A stretch of DNA of 24,980 nt from Pseudobdellovibrionaceae bacterium (GTDB taxonomy: Bacteria > Bdellovibrionota > Bdellovibrionia > Bdellovibrionales > Bdellovibrionaceae), in NCBI GenBank assembly GCA_044359815.1, contig JBIKLL010000037.1:1-24980 (forward strand), given 5' to 3'. The position numbers were made by a program, and so were the translations under genes. Below, piece after piece: positions 16,673 through 24,980 of this stretch. Under the pieces are notes generated by a model. The model had not been told where the DNA came from. It worked only from the letters and a program-made list of their open reading frames with translations, and did not search any database. Every line of letters starts with the position of its first letter. Position 1 is the first letter of the stretch.

Positions 16673-17539
16673 ATGACCGCATCACCTCAGTTTCCCAGTT
16701 TACCCAGTAATTGGACCGAGGAAACATCTGTATTCGACGGAGTATTTTATCGCAAATGGATCAATAAAAATGCCGATGGTAAAAATGGAATGTTCATTGT
16801 CCACGGACAAGGTGAGCAAAGCTCTAGGTACACACACTTTCCTTTTTATTTAAACGAGTCCCTGTCTTGGATTGTCGCTTTGGATCTGGTTGGCCATGGA
16901 AAAACATTGGGACAACGAGGTCACATTGATCGATTTTCGCAATATCACGATGCCGTTTTGACGGTGATATCACAGTGTCATTTGGTCGCTAAAAGAACCT
17001 TCTTGTTTGGTCACAGCATGGGGGGATTGATCGTTCTGGGACTGCTTTCAAAAAACAAAGTCCCTCATTTTGATTCCGTGATAGCATCAGCACCGCTGTT
17101 AGATCTGGCGCTTCCGGTACCACCATTGAAGAAATTTTTTGGAGAACTGGTTGAACCCCTATTGGGTTCGATAAAACTAAACAACGAAATCCCCGCTGAA
17201 TACGTTTCCAGGGATCCCGAAGTCCAGAAACAGTACCTGAGCGATCCCTTGAATCACAACAATGTTTCACCCAGATTTTTTGTTCAGATGTCTAAGGAAA
17301 TGAGTTCTGTCAGAGACTGGGATGGTCCCATCAAAAATTCTGTTTTAATGATAGTTCCCATGGAAGATAAAATTGTTTCCTGGAAAGCCAATATTCAGTT
17401 TTTTAAAAATCTTAAATTAGATCAGGCCAGGCTTAAAGAGCTTCACACCTTCCCTGGATATTATCATGAAAGCTTTAACGAACCCGGTAAAGAACGGCCC
17501 TTTATTGCTTTAAAAAACTGGATCGATCGTCAGTTTTAA
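16673..17539 (+). CDS. Alpha/beta hydrolase, lysophospholipase/monoacylglycerol lipase-like
   Basis: VHGQGEQSSRY, DLVGHG, GHSMGG nucleophile elbow, D(KIV) and HE triad motifs. Confidence 0.88.
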   Translation: MTASPQFPSLPSNWTEETSVFDGVFYRKWINKNADGKNGMFIVHGQGEQSSRYTHFPFYLNESLSWIVALDLVGHGKTLGQRGHIDRFSQYHDAVLTVISQCHLVAKRTFLFGHSMGGLIVLGLLSKNKVPHFDSVIASAPLLDLALPVPPLKKFFGELVEPLLGSIKLNNEIPAEYVSRDPEVQKQYLSDPLNHNNVSPRFFVQMSKEMSSVRDWDGPIKNSVLMIVPMEDKIVSWKANIQFFKNLKLDQARLKELHTFPGYYHESFNEPGKERPFIALKNWIDRQF

Positions 17540-18419
17540 TCCAAGTCAGTTCATGTTTATTTTGTGACAGATGAATGATTCTGGATCCCTGAATGTTTGC
17601 AAATTTTTGAATGCTGTCAAAATCCGTTTGTCCCTGAAATTTCAGCGTGCACACAAAGTTTTTGATCACACCTTTTGCCATAACCTTTTGAATAAAATCA
17701 TACAATTTATCCGGATAGCAGATAATATCAGAAAACAACCAGTCAGCCTTAGTGTTTATAATTTCAGGTCCAAAAGCATCCTGCTTGAGGCTCTTAACCT
17801 TTTTCTGCAACTGAGCCGGCAATTTTACTGGAGCTCTGTCTACGGCAATAACCTGACAATCCAATCCCGCCAAAACCCACGACCATCCACCTGGTGCCGC
17901 ACCTAAATCCAAACAAAGTTCATTGGGCTGTGGGAATAAATTCAACCTGGTAAATAGCTCCCACAGTTTTAAATACGCTCTTGAAGGAGCCGATTTATCC
18001 TCTGCAAATTTGATTTCGCCGTTAAGCGCTGCTGGATCCACATCACTGCTAAACACCAATTGATTGGGGCTGGTTAACAAAAATGCTCCGGCCCTGGGTA
18101 ATGAATCTTGGTTAAATTTAAATGGTTTTGGTTTAAGAGCTTTCAAATTCTTTAAAATAAGCTCAGACCTGCGATAAAACTTATCACTGCTATTGATCCA
18201 AAACACCTGCGATTGTTTTAGTTTTCGGGCAGCAGAGGAAACTGAATCAAAATCAGCAACATGCACATCATTCCATTTTTGTTTTACCCAATACAGATCA
18301 ACAGGTTCTGGCAGGATCAATAAATCCTGGTGCCAATTAAAATTTTTAATTTTTTTAAGCTTCAACTCTGTTTGCAACTGAGTCTTGTATTTTGAGTCGA
18401 TCAAATAACCTGTAGCCAT
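17502..18419 (-). CDS. rlmM: RlmM-like (FtsJ-family) 2'-O-ribose RNA methyltransferase
   Basis: APSRAYLKLWE, LDLGAAPGGW, AVD, DAF, WLFSDI, TLK and HELT motifs. ATG 18419 overlaps the aroC stop (TGATG). Orthology to RlmM is not certain. Confidence 0.75.
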   Translation of the reverse strand: MATGYLIDSKYKTQLQTELKLKKIKNFNWHQDLLILPEPVDLYWVKQKWNDVHVADFDSVSSAARKLKQSQVFWINSSDKFYRRSELILKNLKALKPKPFKFNQDSLPRAGAFLLTSPNQLVFSSDVDPAALNGEIKFAEDKSAPSRAYLKLWELFTRLNLFPQPNELCLDLGAAPGGWSWVLAGLDCQVIAVDRAPVKLPAQLQKKVKSLKQDAFGPEIINTKADWLFSDIICYPDKLYDFIQKVMAKGVIKNFVCTLKFQGQTDFDSIQKFANIQGSRIIHLSQNKHELTWIKTDDRSSFLKQ

Positions 18420-19432
18420 CAGATGTGATTCAATCTGCGCCACAATAAAAAATCTGCGATCACTAAATCTGCCATGGCCTGCACAACAGGAATCGCTCTG
18501 ATCAGAATACAGGGATCATGACGACCCTTTTTGGCGACATCCATTATCGACGAAGTCGGTTTAAACCTTGCTTGAAATGAAATCCTTTGTCCCGTAGAAA
18601 TCCCACCTCGTACACCCCAATATTTATCATTGCCTGCATGAAATTCAGTTCCTAACATTTGGTATTTCTGAAATTCACCAAAACTAAATCCATCACAAGC
18701 CCCTACGCTCATAACAGCCATCGCCAATTGTGATTTCAGCTTTTTAAACACGGGCTCACCCAAGCCCTGCGGCAAACCATCCAGCCAGACTTCAATCATT
18801 CCACCTGCAGAATCACCGTCAGCTACCAACTGCTGCAAAAATTTTTCGATTTCAGAATTCACAACAGGAAATCTGGCGGGAAATTCATCAATCGCAGTTT
18901 GGCTTAAATTGAACTGAGCTCTGTCGGCTTCAGAAATCTGATAAGGCCCAATCTGCTGGGAAAATCCAAGATTTTGGTAACCTGGATACTGAGATTTAAT
19001 AAACATTCTGGCAACGGCTCCGGCAATCACACGACTGACAGTTTCACGGCCCGAAGATCTGCCGCCACCACGGTGGTCAGAAACCGAAAATTTGTTTTTC
19101 CATTGGTCGTCAGCATGCCCCCGTCTGGGTTCTAATTTTATCGACTGATAATCCTGTGATCGGCTGTCCTGGTTTGCAATGGTAATTGCAATCGGGGTCC
19201 CAAGAGTCTTTCCCTCAAACACACCGCTCAGTACAGAATACTGATCAGGCTCTTGTCGCTGGCTGACCAGTCTATTGCTTCCCGGTTTGCGGCGATTCAA
19301 TTCTCCAAAAAGCCATTCATGATCAAAAGGCACTCCCGCAGGGCAACCATCAATGATGACACCCAGGGAATGACCATGGCTTTCGCCAAAAGTATGAATT
19401 TTAAAAAGCTCACCAAAACTATTTGCGCTCAA
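18419..19432 (-). CDS. aroC: Chorismate synthase
   Basis: TFGESHG, DGCPAG, PRRGHAD, RGGGRSSGRET, GGISTG, FKPTSS and GRHDPC motifs. TTG start at 19432 has a GGAG RBS. Confidence 0.95.
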   Translation of the reverse strand: MSANSFGELFKIHTFGESHGHSLGVIIDGCPAGVPFDHEWLFGELNRRKPGSNRLVSQRQEPDQYSVLSGVFEGKTLGTPIAITIANQDSRSQDYQSIKLEPRRGHADDQWKNKFSVSDHRGGGRSSGRETVSRVIAGAVARMFIKSQYPGYQNLGFSQQIGPYQISEADRAQFNLSQTAIDEFPARFPVVNSEIEKFLQQLVADGDSAGGMIEVWLDGLPQGLGEPVFKKLKSQLAMAVMSVGACDGFSFGEFQKYQMLGTEFHAGNDKYWGVRGGISTGQRISFQARFKPTSSIMDVAKKGRHDPCILIRAIPVVQAMADLVIADFLLWRRLNHI

Positions 19433-21167
19433 AAAACTGACTCCATATCTGCTGTTGTCTATGCGCTTGAATTTCAAACATTTCAAGTCCCGAAAAATAC
19501 CTGGCACCAGATTTCATTGCAAATTCTTTGGCCCTGGAATCTTCGCGGTAGTTTAAATCCAAAACCCATTTTACTGAACCCGCTGTCATCACAGGGATTT
19601 TTCTGTCTGGTGGTGCCGCCCAAATCAATCCCACGAAACCTGCAGCCAGGGGTTTTTCTGAGCTAGAGGAATAATATTCTGCATTGGGAACCAAGGACTT
19701 AATGACTGGCAAAACTCCCCCGCCGCCCCACACAGCCACTGAATCCTGGCTGCCTATTTCCAGTCGCTTAATCGTTGCTTCCAATCCGTCTTTGTCAGTG
19801 TTGGCGCCGATCCAATGCCCATCAGAATAAGTCAAAGTATTCACGGATTCCAATTGCGCCGACAGCAGTGATTTTTCAAAACAATATTCGTTGGCTAAAA
19901 TTTTTAATGGTGACGTCACTGCAGCCGCTCGTAAGCCCAGATCTGTTAAAAATTTCAAAGCTAATTCAAAATCAGGTTTCGTTATATGTATTGCAAAAAA
20001 GGACATCTGATATTTTTTAAAAAAGCTCTCATGAAAACTGGGGCTCTTACTGTGTGTGACAGGATCACCTAAAACAGCTGCAAAGGCCTGATCCGCAGTC
20101 ACAGTCATGCTGTCCAACAACGTTGGCTGATCCAAATATCCCAGGATTTCATTGTTTACAAAATTAAAACTCTGTCTGTGCCAGATCCATTTTCGGTACC
20201 AACACCATTTACCCGATTTGCTTCTGGGGAAAAACAGCCTGTCCTTTGGGCTTTGCAAAAACCAATTGTGGCCATCAATCAAATGCTGAAAAGACTCTAT
20301 TTCCGGAGACCATTTGTACAATGAAGCCTTAATGTTTTTAAAAACTGAATTATCATTGCTGTGACAGGAAACAATGGATGCATTTAAAATATTATTCTGC
20401 GAAACCTCTGTGGCCAAATCAACCCTGATTCGATTTTGATTTAAGCCCTTAACAGCTTCTACAAAATAACCGCCCTCTGATGACAACGGACAGCGGATGC
20501 TTATTATGATTTCACGATTGGTAAATTGATTTAAAATCTGCAGCATCTGTGATTGATTTAACAAATCATCACGAAGCTCAAATCCCAAATGAGCAAATGT
20601 TTTTAAAAACTCAAGTCGCCTGGGTTTTTGTAAATGCCATTCGGTCAAGGTGATATAAGCTGTTTTAGCAGCACTGTGCTTGAACAACAGTGTGCTAAAG
20701 ATCTGCCCATTAACCCCTTCTGGTAAATTTAAAATAAAATCAGCTCTTTCATAAAACCTGGGATCCCTTTGGGTTTTACGAACTTTGAACTCCTGAACCA
20801 CATCCAGTTCACGATTAAGCCTTGGCCGGTCGATAAAGATTCTGCCCCATTGATCGCTGCGACGCTGAAGCCAAATCACAAAATCATCTGCATTTAAAGT
20901 AGCTGGATCAAAACCAGCACCGACGCTGATAATTCTGCGTGGTTTTTTTGCTGTAACTTGGCTGTAAATGCGTCTTTCAATTTCGCGAAATCCGGTCTCA
21001 CCTAATTGATAAAATAAATTTGAAACAGACTGACCTGTTTGTTGTTCAATCAAAGAATCCAAATCCAGACAGTCATAATGAGGCAAGTATTCTTTGAGCT
21101 GTAGCATCGATGTGGTTTTGCCAACTCCCCGATGTCCCACTAAAACAACACTGCTGGCGTCAATCAT
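19419..21167 (-). CDS. Trifunctional shikimate kinase / type I dehydroquinase-like / shikimate dehydrogenase fusion (AroK-AroD-AroE)
   Basis: N-terminal GHRGVGKTT, DLD and GE..FR.IE (AroK). Middle FELRDD, IISIR, IVSCH, LYK and DQ (degenerate type I AroD). C-terminal LGDPVTHSKSP, VTSPLK, SVNT, NTD, DLNY and GLEMF..QA (AroE). ATGA overlap with aroA. Confidence 0.85.
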   Translation of the reverse strand: MIDASSVVLVGHRGVGKTTSMLQLKEYLPHYDCLDLDSLIEQQTGQSVSNLFYQLGETGFREIERRIYSQVTAKKPRRIISVGAGFDPATLNADDFVIWLQRRSDQWGRIFIDRPRLNRELDVVQEFKVRKTQRDPRFYERADFILNLPEGVNGQIFSTLLFKHSAAKTAYITLTEWHLQKPRRLEFLKTFAHLGFELRDDLLNQSQMLQILNQFTNREIIISIRCPLSSEGGYFVEAVKGLNQNRIRVDLATEVSQNNILNASIVSCHSNDNSVFKNIKASLYKWSPEIESFQHLIDGHNWFLQSPKDRLFFPRSKSGKWCWYRKWIWHRQSFNFVNNEILGYLDQPTLLDSMTVTADQAFAAVLGDPVTHSKSPSFHESFFKKYQMSFFAIHITKPDFELALKFLTDLGLRAAAVTSPLKILANEYCFEKSLLSAQLESVNTLTYSDGHWIGANTDKDGLEATIKRLEIGSQDSVAVWGGGGVLPVIKSLVPNAEYYSSSSEKPLAAGFVGLIWAAPPDRKIPVMTAGSVKWVLDLNYREDSRAKEFAMKSGARYFSGLEMFEIQAHRQQQIWSQFFERK

Positions 21168-22324
21168 TGGACGCCCACGATCGACCAAAACTCTGGAAAG
21201 CTTTTGTTAACAACTTCTTTATTTAAAATCTGAATTTTTGCACCCACCATATTCAACAATGCTGCCGCCATTGCCATTCTGTGGTCATGATCTGGGTCAA
21301 AGCTAAATGCCTTTGAATGAATTTTCATATTTGAGCCTTCGATGATCAAACCGCCATCTACGATCTGACTTTTAATGCCAGCCTTAGTTAATAGCTCAAA
21401 GGTCTTCTGGATGCGATTGGATTCTTTTAGCGCTAAATGAGGAGCCCCAAATAATTTTGAAGTCCCCTGCGCCAGGCCACATAAAACTGCCAAGACAGGA
21501 AACAGATCGGGACTGTTTTCCAGATTTACATTCACGGCTTTCAGAACACTGGCTTTTGAAGCGCTGAGTACAAAGTCCTTCAGGTCGACTGAGGCATTCA
21601 TTTTTTTTAAAATATCAATAAAAACAAAATCGGGTTGTACAATTGATGAGGGCATGTGCAGCAAATCGCATCGACCACTCAGAACCGCGGCAGCTACAAC
21701 TGCAAAGGCCGAACTGTAATCTGGCTCAATGCTGTATTCTTGGGTTTTTAATTTCTGTCCTGCTGGAATTCGGATTTTGTTTTTGCTTTTAATCATCTGC
21801 ATACCCAAGGTTTCACAAAGATGCTGGGTCATATGAAAATAATCATCAGAAAGATTTCCCAAAGTCTCGATTTCTAAATCAAATCCCAGATTCCAAGAAC
21901 TGAGCAATAATCCCGATGCAAACTGTGACGATTGATCCCTGTGAACCCTGACTGCACCTATGGGACGTTTCCAACCCTCAGAAATTAAGGTCATACCAGA
22001 TTTATTGATTTGGCAATTAACACCCAATTGATCCAGAACAAACTGAATTTCTTTAAGAGGCCTTGCCAATAATCTATCTGATCCTTTGAATCTGTGGACA
22101 CCATGTTTGCGCGAGGCTCTAAAGCTCAGAAACCTGATCACCGTCCCGGCATCGCCGCAGTCAACTTCGTCCAATGCAAAAAACTGCTTAAGAGCGTTTT
22201 TCATTCCCAAAACATCCTGACATTCTGAACTGCCAATCAATTTCAATTCTGAAAAAAAACTTTGTACAATCAAAGCCCTATTAAACAATGATTTAGAACT
22301 GGGTATAGTGCCTTCAAAATTCAA
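21164..22324 (-). CDS. aroA: EPSP synthase
   Basis: PSSKS..NR, GDAGT..RF, SSQF.SGLL, EPDYSSA, KESNRI, DHRMAM and KSFPEFW motifs. TTG 22324 follows an AAGGT RBS (the ORF track start at 22363 is also possible). Confidence 0.95.
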   Translation of the reverse strand: MNFEGTIPSSKSLFNRALIVQSFFSELKLIGSSECQDVLGMKNALKQFFALDEVDCGDAGTVIRFLSFRASRKHGVHRFKGSDRLLARPLKEIQFVLDQLGVNCQINKSGMTLISEGWKRPIGAVRVHRDQSSQFASGLLLSSWNLGFDLEIETLGNLSDDYFHMTQHLCETLGMQMIKSKNKIRIPAGQKLKTQEYSIEPDYSSAFAVVAAAVLSGRCDLLHMPSSIVQPDFVFIDILKKMNASVDLKDFVLSASKASVLKAVNVNLENSPDLFPVLAVLCGLAQGTSKLFGAPHLALKESNRIQKTFELLTKAGIKSQIVDGGLIIEGSNMKIHSKAFSFDPDHDHRMAMAAALLNMVGAKIQILNKEVVNKSFPEFWSIVGVQ

Positions 22325-22334
22325 GTCACACCTT

Positions 22335-23345
22335 TTACAAATAAGTTTTCTGACAAAATTCAATCAACTGGCTTGCCGGAATCTTTTTAACCACTGGCTT
22401 GCCGATCTTTTTAATAAAAACATAATTTATCGCTGATGCATCAGAACGTTTTTTATCTGACATTATTAAATCCTGCCAATTGTGCACAGATTTCAGCAAC
22501 GCTGACAGCTCGGCTGAACTGGGCAACTGTGCTTTTTGAATTTTTTTAAGTTCAGCAGAACTCAAAAGTTTTAACTGAACACTGTAATCAATAGCTGCCC
22601 TCAAGCCGTAGGCAACGGATTTGCCATGGGAAATTTGGCTGGACAACTCGATAGCGTGGCCTATTGTGTGTCCCAAATTCAAAACATATCTGATCCCTTT
22701 TGTTTCTAAGGGATCTTTTTTAACGATTTTGTATTTAGCATTTATTAATTTAGGCAAAAGCTGCCACAGGTTTTTGGGACTACGATTAATCGCTAAAACC
22801 TTTTTCCACAAAGCTTCACCGTCGATCAGTGCTATTTTTGTGACTTCGCCCATGCAGTCTTCAAGCTGACTGGCTGATTGATAAAACAACAAGTCCCTGA
22901 TCAGAAAAATTGTTTCAGGGTTATAAAAGGTTCCGATTTGATTTTTATGATTTCCGATATTTAAAGCGTTTTTACCACCATGGGATGAATCCACGGCCGC
23001 AATCCACGTCGACGGTATCTGAACAAATCGGACTCCCCTTTTAAAAATGCTGGCCAGAAATCCCACGAAATCACCCAGCGTCCCTCCACCTAGGCAGACA
23101 AACACTAATGTATTTTTTGATTTGGCTTGAGTCATTTCAGCCAATTGACGAAGCACCCCTGGCAGGCCATTTATGTTTTTCAGTTCTTCACCGGCATCCA
23201 AGGCCAAACGGTTTTCAAATGTTTCAATAAACTGTTTGGCTGCTGAAAATCCTAAAAGCTTGCGATCATAAAACAAAACCGGCTGACCTGGCAGATCGAC
23301 ATGAGAGGGAAAGGTATTTTTAAAAATCAACTGGCTGGTTTTCAT
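22335..23345 (-). CDS. aroB: 3-dehydroquinate synthase
   Basis: GEELK, GGGTLGD..GF, PST..A.VDSS.GGK, KNQIGTF, LNLGHTIGHAIE, HG and DKK motifs. Confidence 0.93.
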   Translation of the reverse strand: MKTSQLIFKNTFPSHVDLPGQPVLFYDRKLLGFSAAKQFIETFENRLALDAGEELKNINGLPGVLRQLAEMTQAKSKNTLVFVCLGGGTLGDFVGFLASIFKRGVRFVQIPSTWIAAVDSSHGGKNALNIGNHKNQIGTFYNPETIFLIRDLLFYQSASQLEDCMGEVTKIALIDGEALWKKVLAINRSPKNLWQLLPKLINAKYKIVKKDPLETKGIRYVLNLGHTIGHAIELSSQISHGKSVAYGLRAAIDYSVQLKLLSSAELKKIQKAQLPSSAELSALLKSVHNWQDLIMSDKKRSDASAINYVFIKKIGKPVVKKIPASQLIEFCQKTYL

Positions 23346-23350
23346 TTTGT

Positions 23351-24283
23351 TTAAATCAGTACTTCAGATTTTCTGTGACAAGCAACTAGCTTTGAATCAA
23401 TTTCAGCCAGTTCGGGGACCTGAGTTTTACAAATATCCTGCGCCCACGGGCATCGAGTGTGAAAGGTGCAGCCCGACGGGGGCCTTAAAGGCGAAGGCAG
23501 TTCGCCTTCGCTAAATTTATCAATAGGCGCCAGGTCAGCAGAGCCTAAAAGCAATCGAGTATAAGGATGCTTAGGAGCTGTAAAAATCTGTTGTGTAGTT
23601 CCAATTTCCACAAAGCGCCCCAGATACATTACAGCCACCCGATGTGCGACAAACCTCACCACTGATAAATCATGCGAAATAAATAAATAAGTTAAGTTAT
23701 TTTTTTTTCGTAAATCCAACAGCAGATTTAAAACCTGCGCTTGCACAGAAACGTCCAAGGCAGAAACGGGTTCATCACAAATCACAACCTTGGGCCCCGT
23801 GATCAAAGCCCTGGCAATGCCAACCCGCTGCCGCTGTCCACCGCTGAGCTGGTGAGGGTATCTTTTTAACATTTCTTCGTTGATTCCGACCTGGGATGAA
23901 AGCTCGTTCACTTTCTGCAGGATCAAATCTTTTTGCAATCCCTGCACTACTAAAGGTTCAGCAATGATATCAAAAATTCGTTTGCGCGGATTGAATGAAG
24001 AATTGGGATCCTGAAAGACCATCTGAAACAAACTGACTCTTTCAGCCGGCTTTAGGCTTAGAATTTCTTGATTGGAAACTTTGATTGATCCAGAGGTCGC
24101 GGTTTCGATCCCTAACAGAATTTTAGCCAATGTCGATTTACCACAACCAGATTCACCCACAACTGCCAAGGTTTCGCCTTCTTGAATCTGAAAACTAACA
24201 CCCCTTAAAGCCTGCACATACACCGGGTCTTTGAAGGGAGCTTTGGTCGCATAGGTTTTTTTCAGATCAGATATTTGAATCAA
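23351..24283 (-). CDS. dppF: Dipeptide/oligopeptide ABC transporter ATP-binding subunit
   Basis: GESGCGKST, MVFQDP, LSGGQRQR, DEPVSALD, HPYT and the C-terminal GC.FH.RC...C...ACH motif. Confidence 0.92.
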   Translation of the reverse strand: MIQISDLKKTYATKAPFKDPVYVQALRGVSFQIQEGETLAVVGESGCGKSTLAKILLGIETATSGSIKVSNQEILSLKPAERVSLFQMVFQDPNSSFNPRKRIFDIIAEPLVVQGLQKDLILQKVNELSSQVGINEEMLKRYPHQLSGGQRQRVGIARALITGPKVVICDEPVSALDVSVQAQVLNLLLDLRKKNNLTYLFISHDLSVVRFVAHRVAVMYLGRFVEIGTTQQIFTAPKHPYTRLLLGSADLAPIDKFSEGELPSPLRPPSGCTFHTRCPWAQDICKTQVPELAEIDSKLVACHRKSEVLI

Positions 24284-24980
24284 GCAAAACCCCGCTCTTT
24301 ATTGGATTGTGACAATACACTGTCTTGTCACCCTGTGAATTTTTAATGGGTGCTTTTTGTTTGCACTCTGCTGTTTGAAATTCACACCTTGGATGAAACT
24401 GACAACCCGTCGGCCGACTGGACAGATTAGGAATCGATCCCTGCAGCGATGGCAGCCTGAAATCAGATGAAAAATGTTTGAAGTCATATTTTGATGGCAA
24501 GCACTTTAACAACGCTCTGGTGTAGGGATGCTGAGGTTCTGTTAAAATTTGCCGTGAACTGCCTGATTCAACTATTTCGCCGGCGTACATCACCTGCACG
24601 CGATCAGTGTAGTGAGCCACAGTATTCAAATCATGCGAAACCAAAATCAAACTCATTTTATTCTGCTTTCGCAGATTGGACAGTAATTGCAGGATCTGTT
24701 TTTGAATTGTTACATCCAGCGCGGTGGTGGGCTCATCGGCTATCAGGATTTTGGGATTGCAAGCAATGGCCATGGCTATCATGATTCTTTGACTCATACC
24801 CCCAGATAGTTCGTGGGGATAGACCTTCAGTCTTGATTGGGGATCAGGTATTCCAACCTGCCTGAGTAGCTCCAGCATTCTGTCCCTGAGGGCCGCTTTC
24901 TGAAACTGTCCATGTTGTAAAATCATTTCTGCCAATTGAAATTCGACAGTGAAACATGGATTAAGACTGCTCATGGGGTC
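24267..24980 (-). CDS. dppD: Dipeptide/oligopeptide ABC transporter ATP-binding subunit (5'-truncated by the window edge)
   Basis: The frame continues to the window end (DPMSSLNP); YPHELSGGM, DEPTTALD, HPYT and GCQFHPRC motifs. Walker A must lie beyond the window. Confidence 0.92.
   Translation of the reverse strand, partial: DPMSSLNPCFTVEFQLAEMILQHGQFQKAALRDRMLELLRQVGIPDPQSRLKVYPHELSGGMSQRIMIAMAIACNPKILIADEPTTALDVTIQKQILQLLSNLRKQNKMSLILVSHDLNTVAHYTDRVQVMYAGEIVESGSSRQILTEPQHPYTRALLKCLPSKYDFKHFSSDFRLPSLQGSIPNLSSRPTGCQFHPRCEFQTAECKQKAPIKNSQGDKTVYCHNPIKSGVLLDSNI

Noticed and set aside
19253..19666. 137-aa plus-strand ORF and the other short ORFs nested in the tkt, men, aro and dpp genes
   Set aside because: Antisense or alternative-frame shadows of well-supported genes, with no motifs.
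21150..22370. Programmed frameshifts joining aroB, aroA and aroKDE into one polypeptide
   Set aside because: Each gene has a plausible start with an RBS or ATGA coupling, and I saw no convincing slippery site with a stimulatory structure.

Overview
AT-rich bacterial chromosomal window. Gene content and style (lipid-anchored trypsin protease with an IVGG activation site, many short secreted hypothetical proteins, AGGGG-type RBSs, an aro/men supercluster) suggest a Bdellovibrionota-like predator; this is inference. Left part: a truncated membrane protein missed by the ORF track, a secreted hypothetical protein, and a single-chain transketolase divergent from adenosine deaminase. Next is a lipoprotein serine protease behind a sigma28-like promoter and a four-hairpin, G-rich leader. 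The middle holds a tightly packed six-gene envelope cluster (small secreted hydrophobic protein, DUF4105/Lnb-N-like His/Cys enzyme, hypothetical, DUF2157, GDYXXLXY, lipoprotein with beta-barrel features). It is followed by a perfect 44-bp inverted repeat and a secreted metallophosphoesterase. The right part is a chorismate-to-menaquinone supercluster: menF-menD-menH, aroF-menG-hydrolase, and dppD-dppF-aroB-aroA-[aroK-aroD-aroE fusion]-aroC-rlmM-like. The aro order matches the domain order of the eukaryotic pentafunctional AROM protein. No rRNA, tRNA, CRISPR array or transposase was seen. All family assignments come from motif recognition by eye; no database search was run.
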